Shown here: positions 26,021 through 35,878 of the stretch, in pieces | Layout of the letters: each line of letters opens with the position of its first letter | How positions within the stretch are numbered: the first letter of the stretch is position 1 | Assembly (NCBI GenBank): GCA_002269645.1 | Contig: NIVC01003811.1 | Coordinates: forward strand, 1 to 64,000 | Source: Macrostomum lignano | Lineage: Eukaryota | Length of the DNA: 64,000 nt | Direction: 5' to 3' | Notes under the pieces: generated by a model | Databases searched by the model: none | Seen by the model: only the letters and a program-made list of their open reading frames with translations | Told to the model about the DNA's origin: nothing | Made by a program: the position numbers and the translations under genes

Positions 26021-26523
26021 ATGGCCCGGCCCGAACTCAGCCCCGTTCCCTCTCTAGGGCCCAGCTTAACCTGCCACGTCCGCCCAGCAAGAAGTTTAGA
26101 TTTGAGAAGGTACCCGATTTCTATCAGCCAAGACCAGCTGGAGGACAACGCGGGAGAGATATTGTTGTAGAGTTGCCAATTGAGAATGTTCCCACCCGCC
26201 TCCTGGTAGATGGGGGCAGTGCGCTGTCTTTGCTAACAGTCAAAGACTTTACTAAAATTACCGGACAGAGTGTGGAGGCCCTGGAGCCCCCATGTGTGAA
26301 GGCCGTGTCCTACACGGGCAATGAATTAGAGATGCTAGGCCAGGCCACCCTCACAGCAGTTATTGGGCTAGAAGAGGTGAGAATCCTCTTTCTGGTCGTT
26401 GGCAATTCAGCAGCAGTTTCCCTCCTGGGTAGTGCTTTTCTAGCCAGTACGCATGCTATCATAGACTATCGAACAGAAAAGGTTTACTTGCTAGGTGTGA
26501 GTCTCCCATTCGACCCCCGCTGA
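26008..26523 (+). CDS. Retropepsin-like aspartic protease, in the -1 frame relative to gag
   Basis: IENVPTRLLVDGGSALSLL, AVSYTGNELEMLG, FLVV..SLLGSAFL..HAIIDY: retroviral protease fold motifs; stop at 26521-26523. Confidence 0.85.
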   Translation: MGGLNGPARTQPRSLSRAQLNLPRPPSKKFRFEKVPDFYQPRPAGGQRGRDIVVELPIENVPTRLLVDGGSALSLLTVKDFTKITGQSVEALEPPCVKAVSYTGNELEMLGQATLTAVIGLEEVRILFLVVGNSAAVSLLGSAFLASTHAIIDYRTEKVYLLGVSLPFDPR

Positions 26524-27107
26524 GTAACAGATCGGTAGCTAGCCAGTGATTGCTTAATCCCCCCCCGATTCGCGTGTCGAAATTTTGCTCGTGTTGCCCC
26601 GTTGGAGACCGCTTTTCGCGTATTTACGTATGCCCTCTATTACTCGAATTTATGTTGTGACCTCGTGCTCGTTGGTGTTGTTTAAATATCTAAGATTTTA
26701 GCTCGAAAATTAGGCCCGTACAGTATGCGTTAATTCCCTATCAGTAAATATTAACTTGGAAACTAGTAAAATTTCTATGGGTCTGCTCCACAGGAGGTCC
26801 TGCCCCGCTGTTCAAGATTTTCTGGGAACAATGGAAGTCTGGGACCGTAGGAAATTAGCACCTTTAGGTCTGATTTCGTGTGTTTGTTCACACTTTGTGA
26901 AAGTCCGATTTTGGGAAACTTTTAATTGGTTTCGATGAGGCAATAGGGGGGGCATTCAATGTAATTAAGTTTATCAGGCAAATGGGGCAGCAATTAGTTT
27001 AGAGTAGGCCAGTGGTTTAGTCAATGTAAAGTCAGGTAAGTAATTAAAGTCAAGTTATGGGGACAGATAGTTCAGAATTAGTAAGTAAGCATTAAGAACC
27101 ACCAGCA

Positions 27108-27513
27108 TCAGCAGTTGGGAAGCCGCAGAAATAGCTCCAAGAGCAGTAGCCAGTGCATTGTGAGACCGGCTATTAGGGCCGTCGACAGCACGACCAAATG
27201 CCAGGAGCCGTCGGTCTCCACCACAGGGGTTGGCAAGGGCTGTGGAGCGGCAGCCACGGGCGTCACCGCGGCGACCGGCGGCGGAGCGTGCGCTCGGGCT
27301 GACAACGGCGGTGGTACCGGATGCCAACCGGCCCCGGACGCTGGTTCGCTGGCGGCCCGGCGGTCGCATGGCCCGGGAGCCGCGGCGCCTATGCACCAGA
27401 TGGCGCAGCCGGCCCAGAATCAGAGGGGGCGTCCGGCTCTGAATGGCTGTCTTCGGGCGCTTCGTAGTCGGACTCCTCTTCAAGGATGGGCTCGGCTACT
27501 AGCGGCCGGAATC
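27108..27513 (-). CDS. Candidate antisense terminal exon encoding a low-complexity protein with a C-terminal hydrophobic helix
   Basis: Strong acceptor TTTCATCCCTTAAATTCTCATTTTCAG| at 27514 on the minus strand; GC-rich island with open frames ending in hydrophobic stretches; true frame ambiguous. Confidence 0.4.
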
Positions 27514-27594
27514 CTGAAAATGAGAATTTAAGGGATGAAATAGAAGTAGGGAACTAGCCGGGTATTAGGATGTAGATAGATGGGGATTTTAACT

Positions 27595-27975
27595 TTATGG
27601 CGTGTGGTAGTGGCCTTCCTGGGGGTTTCTTCCTTTCTTCATTCCCTCTCCTCCCTTGAGCTCTAGGTGATCAAGTAGTGGTAGCCTTCTTCCCCGCCTT
27701 CTTTTAATGATACACCTCTAAGTGATGGCAGTTTTTCGTCTTCCTCTCCTCTGGTAGAAGGGCAAATAGTGGCAGTTTCCCCGGGCAATCCACTCTAATG
27801 GTGACGGGTTCCCTCTTTCTCTTCCCTGTTAATGTACAATTGGTGGCAGTTTTCCCTAGCAACCTCTCTCAAAATGGTGGCTGATCCTCCTTTTCTTTTC
27901 TTTGGTAATGCGCCAAGATGGTGGTAGGTTCCCCTTTCTCTTTTATAATAGTACATCAAACTGGTGGCAGTCAAA
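27595..27975 (+). repeat. Array of ~9 (T)GGTGGCAG-like motifs, each followed by a pyrimidine tract and a non-identical spacer
   Basis: e.g. AATTGGTGGCAGTTTT (27841), AACTGGTGGCAGTC (27962), AAATAGTGGCAGTTTCC, AGTGATGGCAGTTTTT, AAATGGTGGCTGATCC, AGATGGTGGTAGGTTCC. Confidence 0.7.
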
Positions 27976-28303
27976 TTAATGATTAATTCCTCTTTCGAAT
28001 TCTTTCGGCTGTTAAGTTTATGAGGGTCTCGGAGGCATGGATGAGAACTGCGTGCGCGTGGCGTTGAAGGAAGAAATCGAAGGGAGTTGGGCCGCATCAT
28101 CATTTATCCTCCGGAGTCTAATCTCCCAAATCCCTCTTCTATTCATATTAACCAAATTAATTTGTGTGCCTGATCTGAATGTGTGCATGTGAGGTGGGAG
28201 TGCGATCTCTGTCGGCTGGAGTACGGATCTGCCGCGGGCGCGACCGGAGGTGGTCTCGGGTCTGCCCCCTGCTCACAGGTGAGGAAACAGGAAGCGGCGG
28301 AAC

Positions 28304-28423
28304 CAGCCAATCAGAGCGCACGGAGACTAGAGCGAGCGGTCCCAAGCCAACGGCGACCCCGGCCGCAGCAGGTGTGCCTCCCAATGTGCTCAACCAATGG
28401 GAAGCCAGCCCCGGCACTATAAG
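28304..28423 (+). promoter_or_regulatory. Internal sense promoter of element 1
   Basis: CAGCCAATCAGAG (28304, identical to the LTR motif), CCAAT at 28381 and 28394, TATAAG at 28418, ~95 bp before ATG 28517. Confidence 0.6.
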
Positions 28424-28516
28424 AAGACCCACGCCTGCCAGAGCTGGAAATCATCAATCAGAGAAATCATTCTGTCCTTCAATCGCTGAAGCATTCTATG
28501 AACTATCCAGCTTGAC

Positions 28517-29086
28517 ATGGACACGAAGCCTACCATCAATCGAATTCAGCTATGCTCCAGCTTACCGTCTGAGCGTCCTGCCAGCCCAGTTAGCCGAAAG
28601 CGGCCCCGTGACGCCATCCAAGAGGCGGAGGACGGCCCCGAGCCGCCAGCGGCGGCCTCCGCCAGGGTCGAAGAAGGTGACGAGACAATCGACCCGGCCA
28701 ATGCTGGGGGCGACACCGCGGACATTTCGGACATGGCGGCCGAATTCGGCGAGGCGGCCCGCCGCCTGCGTGATGTTCTGCCCAACAGCCGCCGAAGTGT
28801 GGACATCGCCCTGCAAAGAGAAGAAGTCGATTGGGGTCAGGTGGCTGGCGAACCTTCGGCGACAGCTATGGATCTGGTGCACTGGGTCGGGCCTGAGTCC
28901 TATCATGGCCCACTCCAGGCCGAGGACAGGCATGCGACTCTAGAGCGCCAACTTCGCGACAACCTGGACCGGCCCTGTCTGCTCATCCTGTCAAAAGCGG
29001 CCCTGCTGGGATTGGTTGACAATACGCTGTTAATGTACATCGAGGCAGCGGCCCAGAGCGCCTACAAATACGCCCTCGCGACCTAG
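28517..29086 (+). CDS. Accessory ORF X part 1 (189 aa, unknown function, NLS-like RKRPR)
   Basis: ATG-initiated GC-rich non-repetitive ORF downstream of a TATA promoter. Confidence 0.65.
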   Translation: MDTKPTINRIQLCSSLPSERPASPVSRKRPRDAIQEAEDGPEPPAAASARVEEGDETIDPANAGGDTADISDMAAEFGEAARRLRDVLPNSRRSVDIALQREEVDWGQVAGEPSATAMDLVHWVGPESYHGPLQAEDRHATLERQLRDNLDRPCLLILSKAALLGLVDNTLLMYIEAAAQSAYKYALAT

Positions 29087-29865
29087 TCCGGCAGGCCGCC
29101 AAGTTCCTCCGCAAGGTTGTGGATGAGGAACCATCACACCTGACAGCCCGGCCGCCGTCCTGTGCCCCCATCACAGCAATCTTCAGCACCTGCGATCGGC
29201 CGGTCTACAAGAAGGTGATCATCAGCTGCGCAGCCTCCTCTCAGATGACTAGACAACTGACGCCAACCCAGAGAGCCCGGCTATTGATTGGCCTGGCCAG
29301 CTTGGCCAGCCGCTGGGGCATGCTTCCTGCGGACCTGCCAGGGCTGCTCTGGGGCTTCCTGAGCGAGGGCGCCGAATGGGAAGAGGCTCTCGTCATCCAC
29401 GACGGCATTCTTGCGGCCTCCGCGCCGGCCTCTGCGCCCCTCCTCTATGCGCCGTTTGCCACAGTGGCCTGGGCCGCCACTCTCTCGCAACGGTTCAATC
29501 GCCGCTGTGGGTGGGTGTTGGCGGCCCTGGGCGACGTTGAGCCCGGCTACGCGGGCCTGGCCGAGGTGCCCCGTGGCACTTTGCAGCATTTTGCAATCGC
29601 GCAGCCGCCCCTGTCTGCACCAACTCTGACACGGCTGCAACAAGTACGGAATGCGGCCTTCGTCGTCCAATGCCAAGCCCTGGGCATCCCGACTCTGCCG
29701 CAGTTGAGGGGCGTGCTGCGCAACGACATCTTGCCTAGCCGATGGCACCGAGTGGTGCTCACGGCCGCGGCAGCCCAACGTTATGTGGAAGCATGGGCAA
29801 GTGCCATGGCTCAGGTGGCGGCATATGGCCCGTACCAGCTAAATCAAGAGGCCCATTTCGAGTAA
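29020..29865 (+). CDS. Accessory ORF X part 2 (frame open for 281 codons from 29020; unknown function)
   Basis: Track ORF 29119..29865; the frame stays open upstream to TGA 29017-29019 and overlaps part 1 in the -1 frame. Confidence 0.65.
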   Translation, partial: QYAVNVHRGSGPERLQIRPRDLVRQAAKFLRKVVDEEPSHLTARPPSCAPITAIFSTCDRPVYKKVIISCAASSQMTRQLTPTQRARLLIGLASLASRWGMLPADLPGLLWGFLSEGAEWEEALVIHDGILAASAPASAPLLYAPFATVAWAATLSQRFNRRCGWVLAALGDVEPGYAGLAEVPRGTLQHFAIAQPPLSAPTLTRLQQVRNAAFVVQCQALGIPTLPQLRGVLRNDILPSRWHRVVLTAAAAQRYVEAWASAMAQVAAYGPYQLNQEAHFE

Positions 29866-30206
29866 GGATGCCGACTGCCTGCTGAGCGACGTCCGCCGGC
29901 CGGTCCGACCCGCCTTTCCGCCCCCTTGCGTTGTGTGTTTGTCGTGTGTGTGTGTGTGAAATTATCCTATTAATATTCGGTTCTTCCATAATATTCATTT
30001 TTAAACTTTAATAACCAATATACGAGTCATTGTTGTGTCATTATCTAAAAATTCCTAAAAATGGCTCTGTGTTGGCTGCTCACTACTTTTACCGTAAGAA
30101 AGGCCATATATTATTACTGCAATTGGCTCAGTTTAAAACGAAAGGCATGGCGAGTGGGTAGATTTCGTTTAACGTATAGGCGAAAGGAAATCAGGTTGGT
30201 GATGGG

Positions 30207-30388
30207 ACTTACCGAGTAGTTGTATAGTTTGGAAAATCGCGCTGAGTGCCTTGGTTGGAAACTGCGACTCCGTGTAGGTTGCAGGCAGCCGGCTCCCGTT
30301 ATCAGTGGCGCCTTTTATACAGTGGCCAGCGCACGGCGCGGCGCCTCCCAGCCTACAACCGATCGCCCCGAAGCCCTCTGACTGGCTG
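30207..30388 (-). promoter_or_regulatory. Internal antisense promoter, short first exon and splice donor
   Basis: On the minus strand: CAGCCAGTCAGAG (30388-30376), TATAAAAGG (30319-30311), then TCG|GTAAGT donor (30212-30207). Confidence 0.55.
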
Positions 30389-30906
30389 AAGCGGGGTCCG
30401 AGCCTTCAAGGACGCTAGGCCTCCGTGCGGTTGAACTCCCGGCGAAATTAGCTTATTAATTTACTGCGCTGCATTAGTATTTTTCCCCTGTGTAATCGTC
30501 ATTCTCCCCGAGGCTCTGCCCTTGGCTGTGTGCTAGCAACCCTTCCCCCCTTCTTTTTCCCCACTTCCCTCACCCTTCCCCGTTTCCTCTCTTTCCCAGC
30601 TGCGCTTCTATCCAATTATGATAATTTATTGTTGACAATTCGCTATTTTTCTCCCTACTATTGCGCTGTCTGTGTTTCCCCCCTCCCACTTTAGCCACAG
30701 CAACAGTTGAAATTTTTGAAATTCTGTATTGCACTCCAACCTATGTATCTCGTTTGTGAATTTATTGCTATCCCCTCTATTTTATCGCCTTTTTCCATTC
30801 CCGCTCGCGGTTTGTTAATTCTGTGATTTCACGTTCGGTTGAGGTCCCGCTCCCGTCTGTGTGGTTCCATGTTGGGCAGTGATGATGACGGAACCAGTTC
30901 CGTCAC

Positions 30907-30923
30907 AAAAGGCAGTGGGGGTG
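30907..30923 (+). other. Polypurine tract of element 1
   Basis: AAAAGGCAGTGGGGGTG abutting the 3' LTR. Confidence 0.75.
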
Positions 30924-33138
30924 TGATGTAACCACGCTCTGGTCGCGGGATAGGGCATGGGAACTTTTTCGAAAGTGCCTCCTATCCCGTGCACCCTCTG
31001 CACAGAGCTGTCGAGACTCGGCCAGGTCTCCGACCGGGCCTGGAGACTCCCGCTCTGCTGCACCCCTCCTGCTGCCTTGGTCCCGTCTCTCCTGCCGCCA
31101 CACCTGCCTTTCCGGAGCCCCTACCCCTTTCTGTACCTCCCCCTCTACCCTATCTCTTCTGTTCCCGCCCTATTCTTCCTGTACTTTCTCTACCTCCTCC
31201 CTTTTTTTTCTCCCTCTGCACTCTTTTCCTGCGCTGTCCCCTCTTTCCCTGTGTCTACTTACAGTACTTTGTGTGCTCACCGTCTCCCCATCCCCTCTCA
31301 AACTCCCAAACGGTGACGCAAGTCGTGTGACCCCTTCTCCCCTCGGTGACTCATCGATGACTCATCCCCCTCTCTTGCGCAACCTTTTCTCACGCTATTG
31401 TTCTCCTTCCCAAATTTCTCATGTGACACCCACCCCACCTCCGCTTCTATTGTTCTCGTTTTTGCTTCTTTTGTTCTCTCGACCCCCACCAATTATCACA
31501 TTTTCTCCGATTTTCTCTTTCTTTTGTTCTCGTTTTCGCACCTAATTATCACCTTTTCTCCAATGTTTACTTTTCCATTGTTCTCAGTTTTCCCCAATTA
31601 TCCCCGATTTCCAATTCCTTTGTTCTCGACCCCAGCCCTATTGTTCTCAATGTTTGCTTGCGCAACACTTTCGCGACCACCCGCTGCGCCAATTATCCCC
31701 CACCCCACCTCCGGATTGCGCAATTTCCCGATTTCTCATGTTGCTATGCCGGTCTCATGCTTCTCATCATGACTCATTCTGACGTCATTCTGCCGGCAGC
31801 CAATCAGAGAGAGGGAGCCATGGTAACGACCTTGAGGAGGCGGCTGTGAGGTCTATAAAAGGAAGCGATTTCGGCATGAGAATACTCAACTGAGTTTATC
31901 TCTGTTCCTCTCCTCGTCCTTCTTTGGACTTGCTGTCAGATTGAGTTCTGACCCATTCGTCTATAAGACGAATCCCTGCCGGCCCGCGGTCTGTTACCGC
32001 CAAGTTATCCTTAGCTCCCCAAGTGAGCTCGCCTATCGGCCAGCGGTCTGATACCGCCCAGCATCATCAGCATCGCCTGATCTACATCAGCGCCTCGTCG
32101 CTCCAGCGCATCGCCGCTTCACCGTCTGCCTGACTGCAGCCTACAGCCGCCCTCGGTCACTCCGCCTCTCTCTCTCTCTGTGCAGCTGCCGGTAAGTTCC
32201 TGCTACTAATTTGTGCTCTAATTGCCTTTGCTTATCCGGGGTTTGCCTATTTTCCATTGTCTGATTAGAGAGCTGAGCCAATTGTGATACCGTATCTTTT
32301 GCTGTATTTTACTCAATAGTGAAGCCGCCTAATTGCCTGCTTATTTGCCTAAGGGCCTAATTATTAACTATTAACTAACTTCATCATTATTCAATCTTTC
32401 ACCATCATTTCACTCATGGCTTGCTAAGCCTTTCTCCCGGGGTGGCAAAGCATAAGGAAGTTTGGGTAAGCTAATGGCCTCTCCCCGTGCAAAGCCCGCC
32501 TGTGAGTGCGTGCTGCGGGGCCGCGTGTGCGTGCAGTAGAGGGATTAGCGAGTCTTGGCACAGAATGGCAGTAGGAAGGTTGCAACCCCATGCTAACGCG
32601 TCCCTTCGCCCTGAGCAATCTAAACTGTAGACAGTACATGTTCGCCTCATACTACTCTTAGTAATCAAAGTCGCAAGTCAGCCTCGCTCACAGCCACAAA
32701 GGATCCCCTGCTGAGAAATCCTCCAGGATTGAGCCCAGAGTTCCCGATCATGCCCCAAGCAGAGTCCCTGTACTCGGCTGCATGCGTCTCCCCTGTTAGC
32801 CTAAATCCCCTGGTAACCAATCCAGGCGGGGCTCTAGCCTCGAGAGGTCTGGTAGAAAGATCCAGGTGCGCCAGGTCACATAGAGTGGTGGCAGCCACTC
32901 GGTCATACCATGACCGAGTGACCAACTATTGCACCTTGGCTACAGGTGGGGTCCATGTGGGTCCTTGGCCCTCTGGTCACGAAGCGCTACCAAAGCTACT
33001 AATCATGTGGGCGGGACAGTCTGGTGCTGGAGGTCCGTCAGGTCATCGCCCGGTCATAGGCAGCCTACGGTCATTGCCCCCTCTAGCCATGCGTTCGTCT
33101 CTCTACGGAGCGGACAGGCGACAAGGGCGGTTACATCA
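30924..33138 (+). repeat. 3' LTR of element 1 (2215 bp)
   Basis: Near-identical to the 5' LTR; I saw two substitutions and two 1-bp homopolymer indels. Confidence 0.95.
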
Positions 33139-35203
33139 TCTATGGAAATCCGCTTCCGTCCGGACGCTCTGCTAAGAAAATAACTGTTCGGATTTATAAC
33201 TGAAAGCGATAAAATATGTTCTGCCGTTAATCTGAAGATACCCGAAATTCTTGCGTTTATTAAATTTGTTCTCTTCCCCAAATTACCTCACATCGAAAGA
33301 GGCAGCTTGAGTAGAAAAAGAGCGACGGAAGGCGCTGGCGAAATAGAGCTGAGTACTGAGAGAAAAATTATGAGTAACACGAGGTTTGTGGGAAAGAACA
33401 AGGCAGATTAAGGCAAGGATTTGAGGAAGGGCGAGATGGAGGTAAGGGGAGCGATGGGCGACAGTGAGACAAATGTACCTACTTTTTGACATTTAAATAG
33501 CTTTCAGACGCAGTCTCTGTTTTGTCTGTTGTCTCTTCTTTAAAACTTCTTTTGCACAAGTCTCATTGTAATGTCTTGTGCATTTTGAAGTTTTTTTACT
33601 GTTTCTTGAACATTTACATGCGCATTTGACAACCGTGGCATTTTTTTAGCTTTTCAAAATAAAAAGCTTTTATGCAATAAAGTCTAATCGTTATTGGAAA
33701 GTTTTACAACGTAAAATTTGTTAATGGTACATTTGCTTCTAAAAATAAGAATATTTTGCCACGTTTTCGCTCATTTATCGCGTCGTTCTTTGATGCAAAT
33801 TCGTGTCCAGAACATATTCCGGTACTTCTTTTTTTAATCCAGCTAAGAGATCTAAAAGATCTATTTAAGAGGATTTTAGCCATTTTTAATGCCTCCCAGA
33901 GTATTTCCTATGTAGCTCCCCAATTTCGTCACGCCAGGAGCACCCGTGCATGGGTTGTTGCACTTCAGAGGAACTGGGCAGCTTCGCTTTTCATGAAAAG
34001 TGTCGCCGTATTCGCTGGCAGCTTGCAGACACTATGCGGCTATGCGGCTGATGTGCTATCCTAGCGGTCCGGCAGTCGGATATTGAGACTAAATGCTGAA
34101 TTCTGATAAAAAATCGATATAAGACCCAATAAATGTGCTATTTTAGCCCACTAGAAGCGCTTCTAATAGGTTCTGAGCGACCGCGTTGCCGTCTTTCGAA
34201 CGCATTTTGCATGCCCAATCAAAATTTAGCGTGGTCCGGATGGTGTCGGGCGGTTCTACGAGTATGTACTCGAGCTCGAATGGCTGGTATGTGCATGGAT
34301 TACTTTAGTAAGTTGACCTGAGATTTTGAAAAGTCGAAATTTTTTTCAAAATGATTGCCCAATTGCAAAATGACTCTTTCCCAATGATTTTGGCATGAGA
34401 AATCGAATGGCGAAACTCCGGAGACGCCAGGCAGTGAGGCAAAAAAGTTGGAGCTATTTTTAACTTTTTCTCGGCTTAGAGATTTGGAATCTCAAAGTCT
34501 GATATTCTAAAGTAGAAATCTCAAAGCATTGTATAGTGCATTTCTGTGCCTAAAAGTTCACTATCTACGTATTTGTGCACCATTTGCACAGCACCTAGCG
34601 ATATCACGGACCAGAACGGGGTGAATCCTGGGTGATTTAGTGAAAGTTGAGATGTTCCAAAAGTCAATTAAGATAAATGTCAATTACGAAATTTATTGTT
34701 GCTCTAAATCGACTAAATCGATAAGAATCAGATGGTTCTTATGGATATAAAGGAAACACGTAGGAGCTAAGACAATATATTTCAAGGAATGGAGAAATTA
34801 CAAAATTACAGACGCAAAATGGATTACCAAAAGTACGCTGATTATGTCCAGAAATTTTTTGTCGGGATGCGTGCAGAGCACCCCGAGAGAATTACACTTT
34901 AAAACTTACTCATGTGGCTAAGGTATACGTATTGACCTAACAAATGGATTGCTACTAACAGCTTGCTGGGTCTCGTTTCTATCAGAAAAACAAACAGAAG
35001 ACATGGATCACATATTGTATCCTAGTTTAGTGTCTTAGAAATAAGTTCCTTTCACTTATATTGATATTGCTTCCGTAAACCACTATTAAAAGTCTATGAG
35101 ATAACTGTTTCTTAAATATTTGTGTCCACAATGCATATTGTTTCTAGTACGGCTAGTGCGGGTTTCACAGATCAAGTGAATCCGTATGGAAATTTTAAAT
35201 AGA

Positions 35204-35878
35204 TCATCTTGCTCGTCCCACACGCCGTTTACGAAGCACCATCTGAGATTTTACTTGCCGCGATCGCAGCTGCATCGGGACAACCGACTCTTGCTCGTCT
35301 CCACCCAGCTCCTGCTCGTCTCCGCCCAGCTCCTGCTCGTCGCCGCCCAGCTCCTGCTCGTCGCCGCCCAGCTCCTGCTCGCCGATGTTTACTTCAAGGT
35401 TATTGACTAACTCTTCGTTATAACGGCTATGATTGGGCTCATTGTTCTGTAACGGAATAGCTGAGCAGAGATCAACCACAGAATGAAGCATACGAAGAAC
35501 GCGGTCATTCCCACGGAGCGCCAACAGGGTGAGCGAACGTTGAAGTACACGTCGCATGTGTGGTGATGTGCACGGACGAGCAAAGCAAGGTTGGTGAGGT
35601 AAATTTACTGTCTGAGACGGTGTAGAAAGACGACGAAGCCACTCTTTACCATTTTGGTGGTGCTCGCCATGGATTGCTTCACCATATACGCCATGTAGAA
35701 ATACAGCCACTTTAGGCTCCTCAATGGAAGTAATAACAGACACTCGGTCTTTACCACACCGCTTGTAGCCATGCTGACTGTAAATGTGAACACAAGACGC
35801 AGTCATTCCACGAGTACAAACACAAAGCCTTTGGAATATACTGCGCAAGTAGATCTTGTGGGAGTGCAAACACCACAA
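35204..35878 (-). CDS. ORF with a SWIM-like zinc finger motif and a 21-bp coding repeat (GGDEQEL); possibly a transposon-derived fragment
   Basis: CVCTRGMTASCVH fits CxC..CxH; no ATG start; no other recognisable domain. Confidence 0.3.
   Translation of the reverse strand: MWCLHSHKIYLRSIFQRLCVCTRGMTASCVHIYSQHGYKRCGKDRVSVITSIEEPKVAVFLHGVYGEAIHGEHHQNGKEWLRRLSTPSQTVNLPHQPCFARPCTSPHMRRVLQRSLTLLALRGNDRVLRMLHSVVDLCSAIPLQNNEPNHSRYNEELVNNLEVNIGEQELGGDEQELGGDEQELGGDEQELGGDEQESVVPMQLRSRQVKSQMVLRKRRVGRAR

Larger units (their letters stand above)
19989..33138 (+). mobile_element. Non-autonomous LTR retroelement (gag-pro only, plus accessory region), 13150 bp
   Basis: Two 2215-bp direct repeats, TCTA TSD (19985-19988, 33139-33142), PBS, PPT, gag and protease ORFs; no RT/RNase H/integrase ORF in any frame of the track. 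Confidence 0.95.
18482..33183 (+). pseudogene. Decayed spliced Mutator-like transposase-related gene (exons 18482-18601, 18825-19158, 19572-19988 // 33143-33183), interrupted by the LTR element
   Basis: Phase-compatible GT-AG exons; peptide FDRKL..IENEW..MFQYIKKKAADTLK..AGL..RLNRDLK..ALHGSGDYNL resembles uncharacterised animal MULE-like proteins (family call from memory); in-frame stops at 19074 and 19098; last exon CPGC..YHLRAYC continues across the TCTA TSD as SMEIRFRPDALLRK*. Confidence 0.6.

Noticed and set aside
27595-27975. CRISPR-like interpretation of the motif array
   Set aside because: Repeats are short, degenerate and irregularly spaced; eukaryotic context; no cas genes
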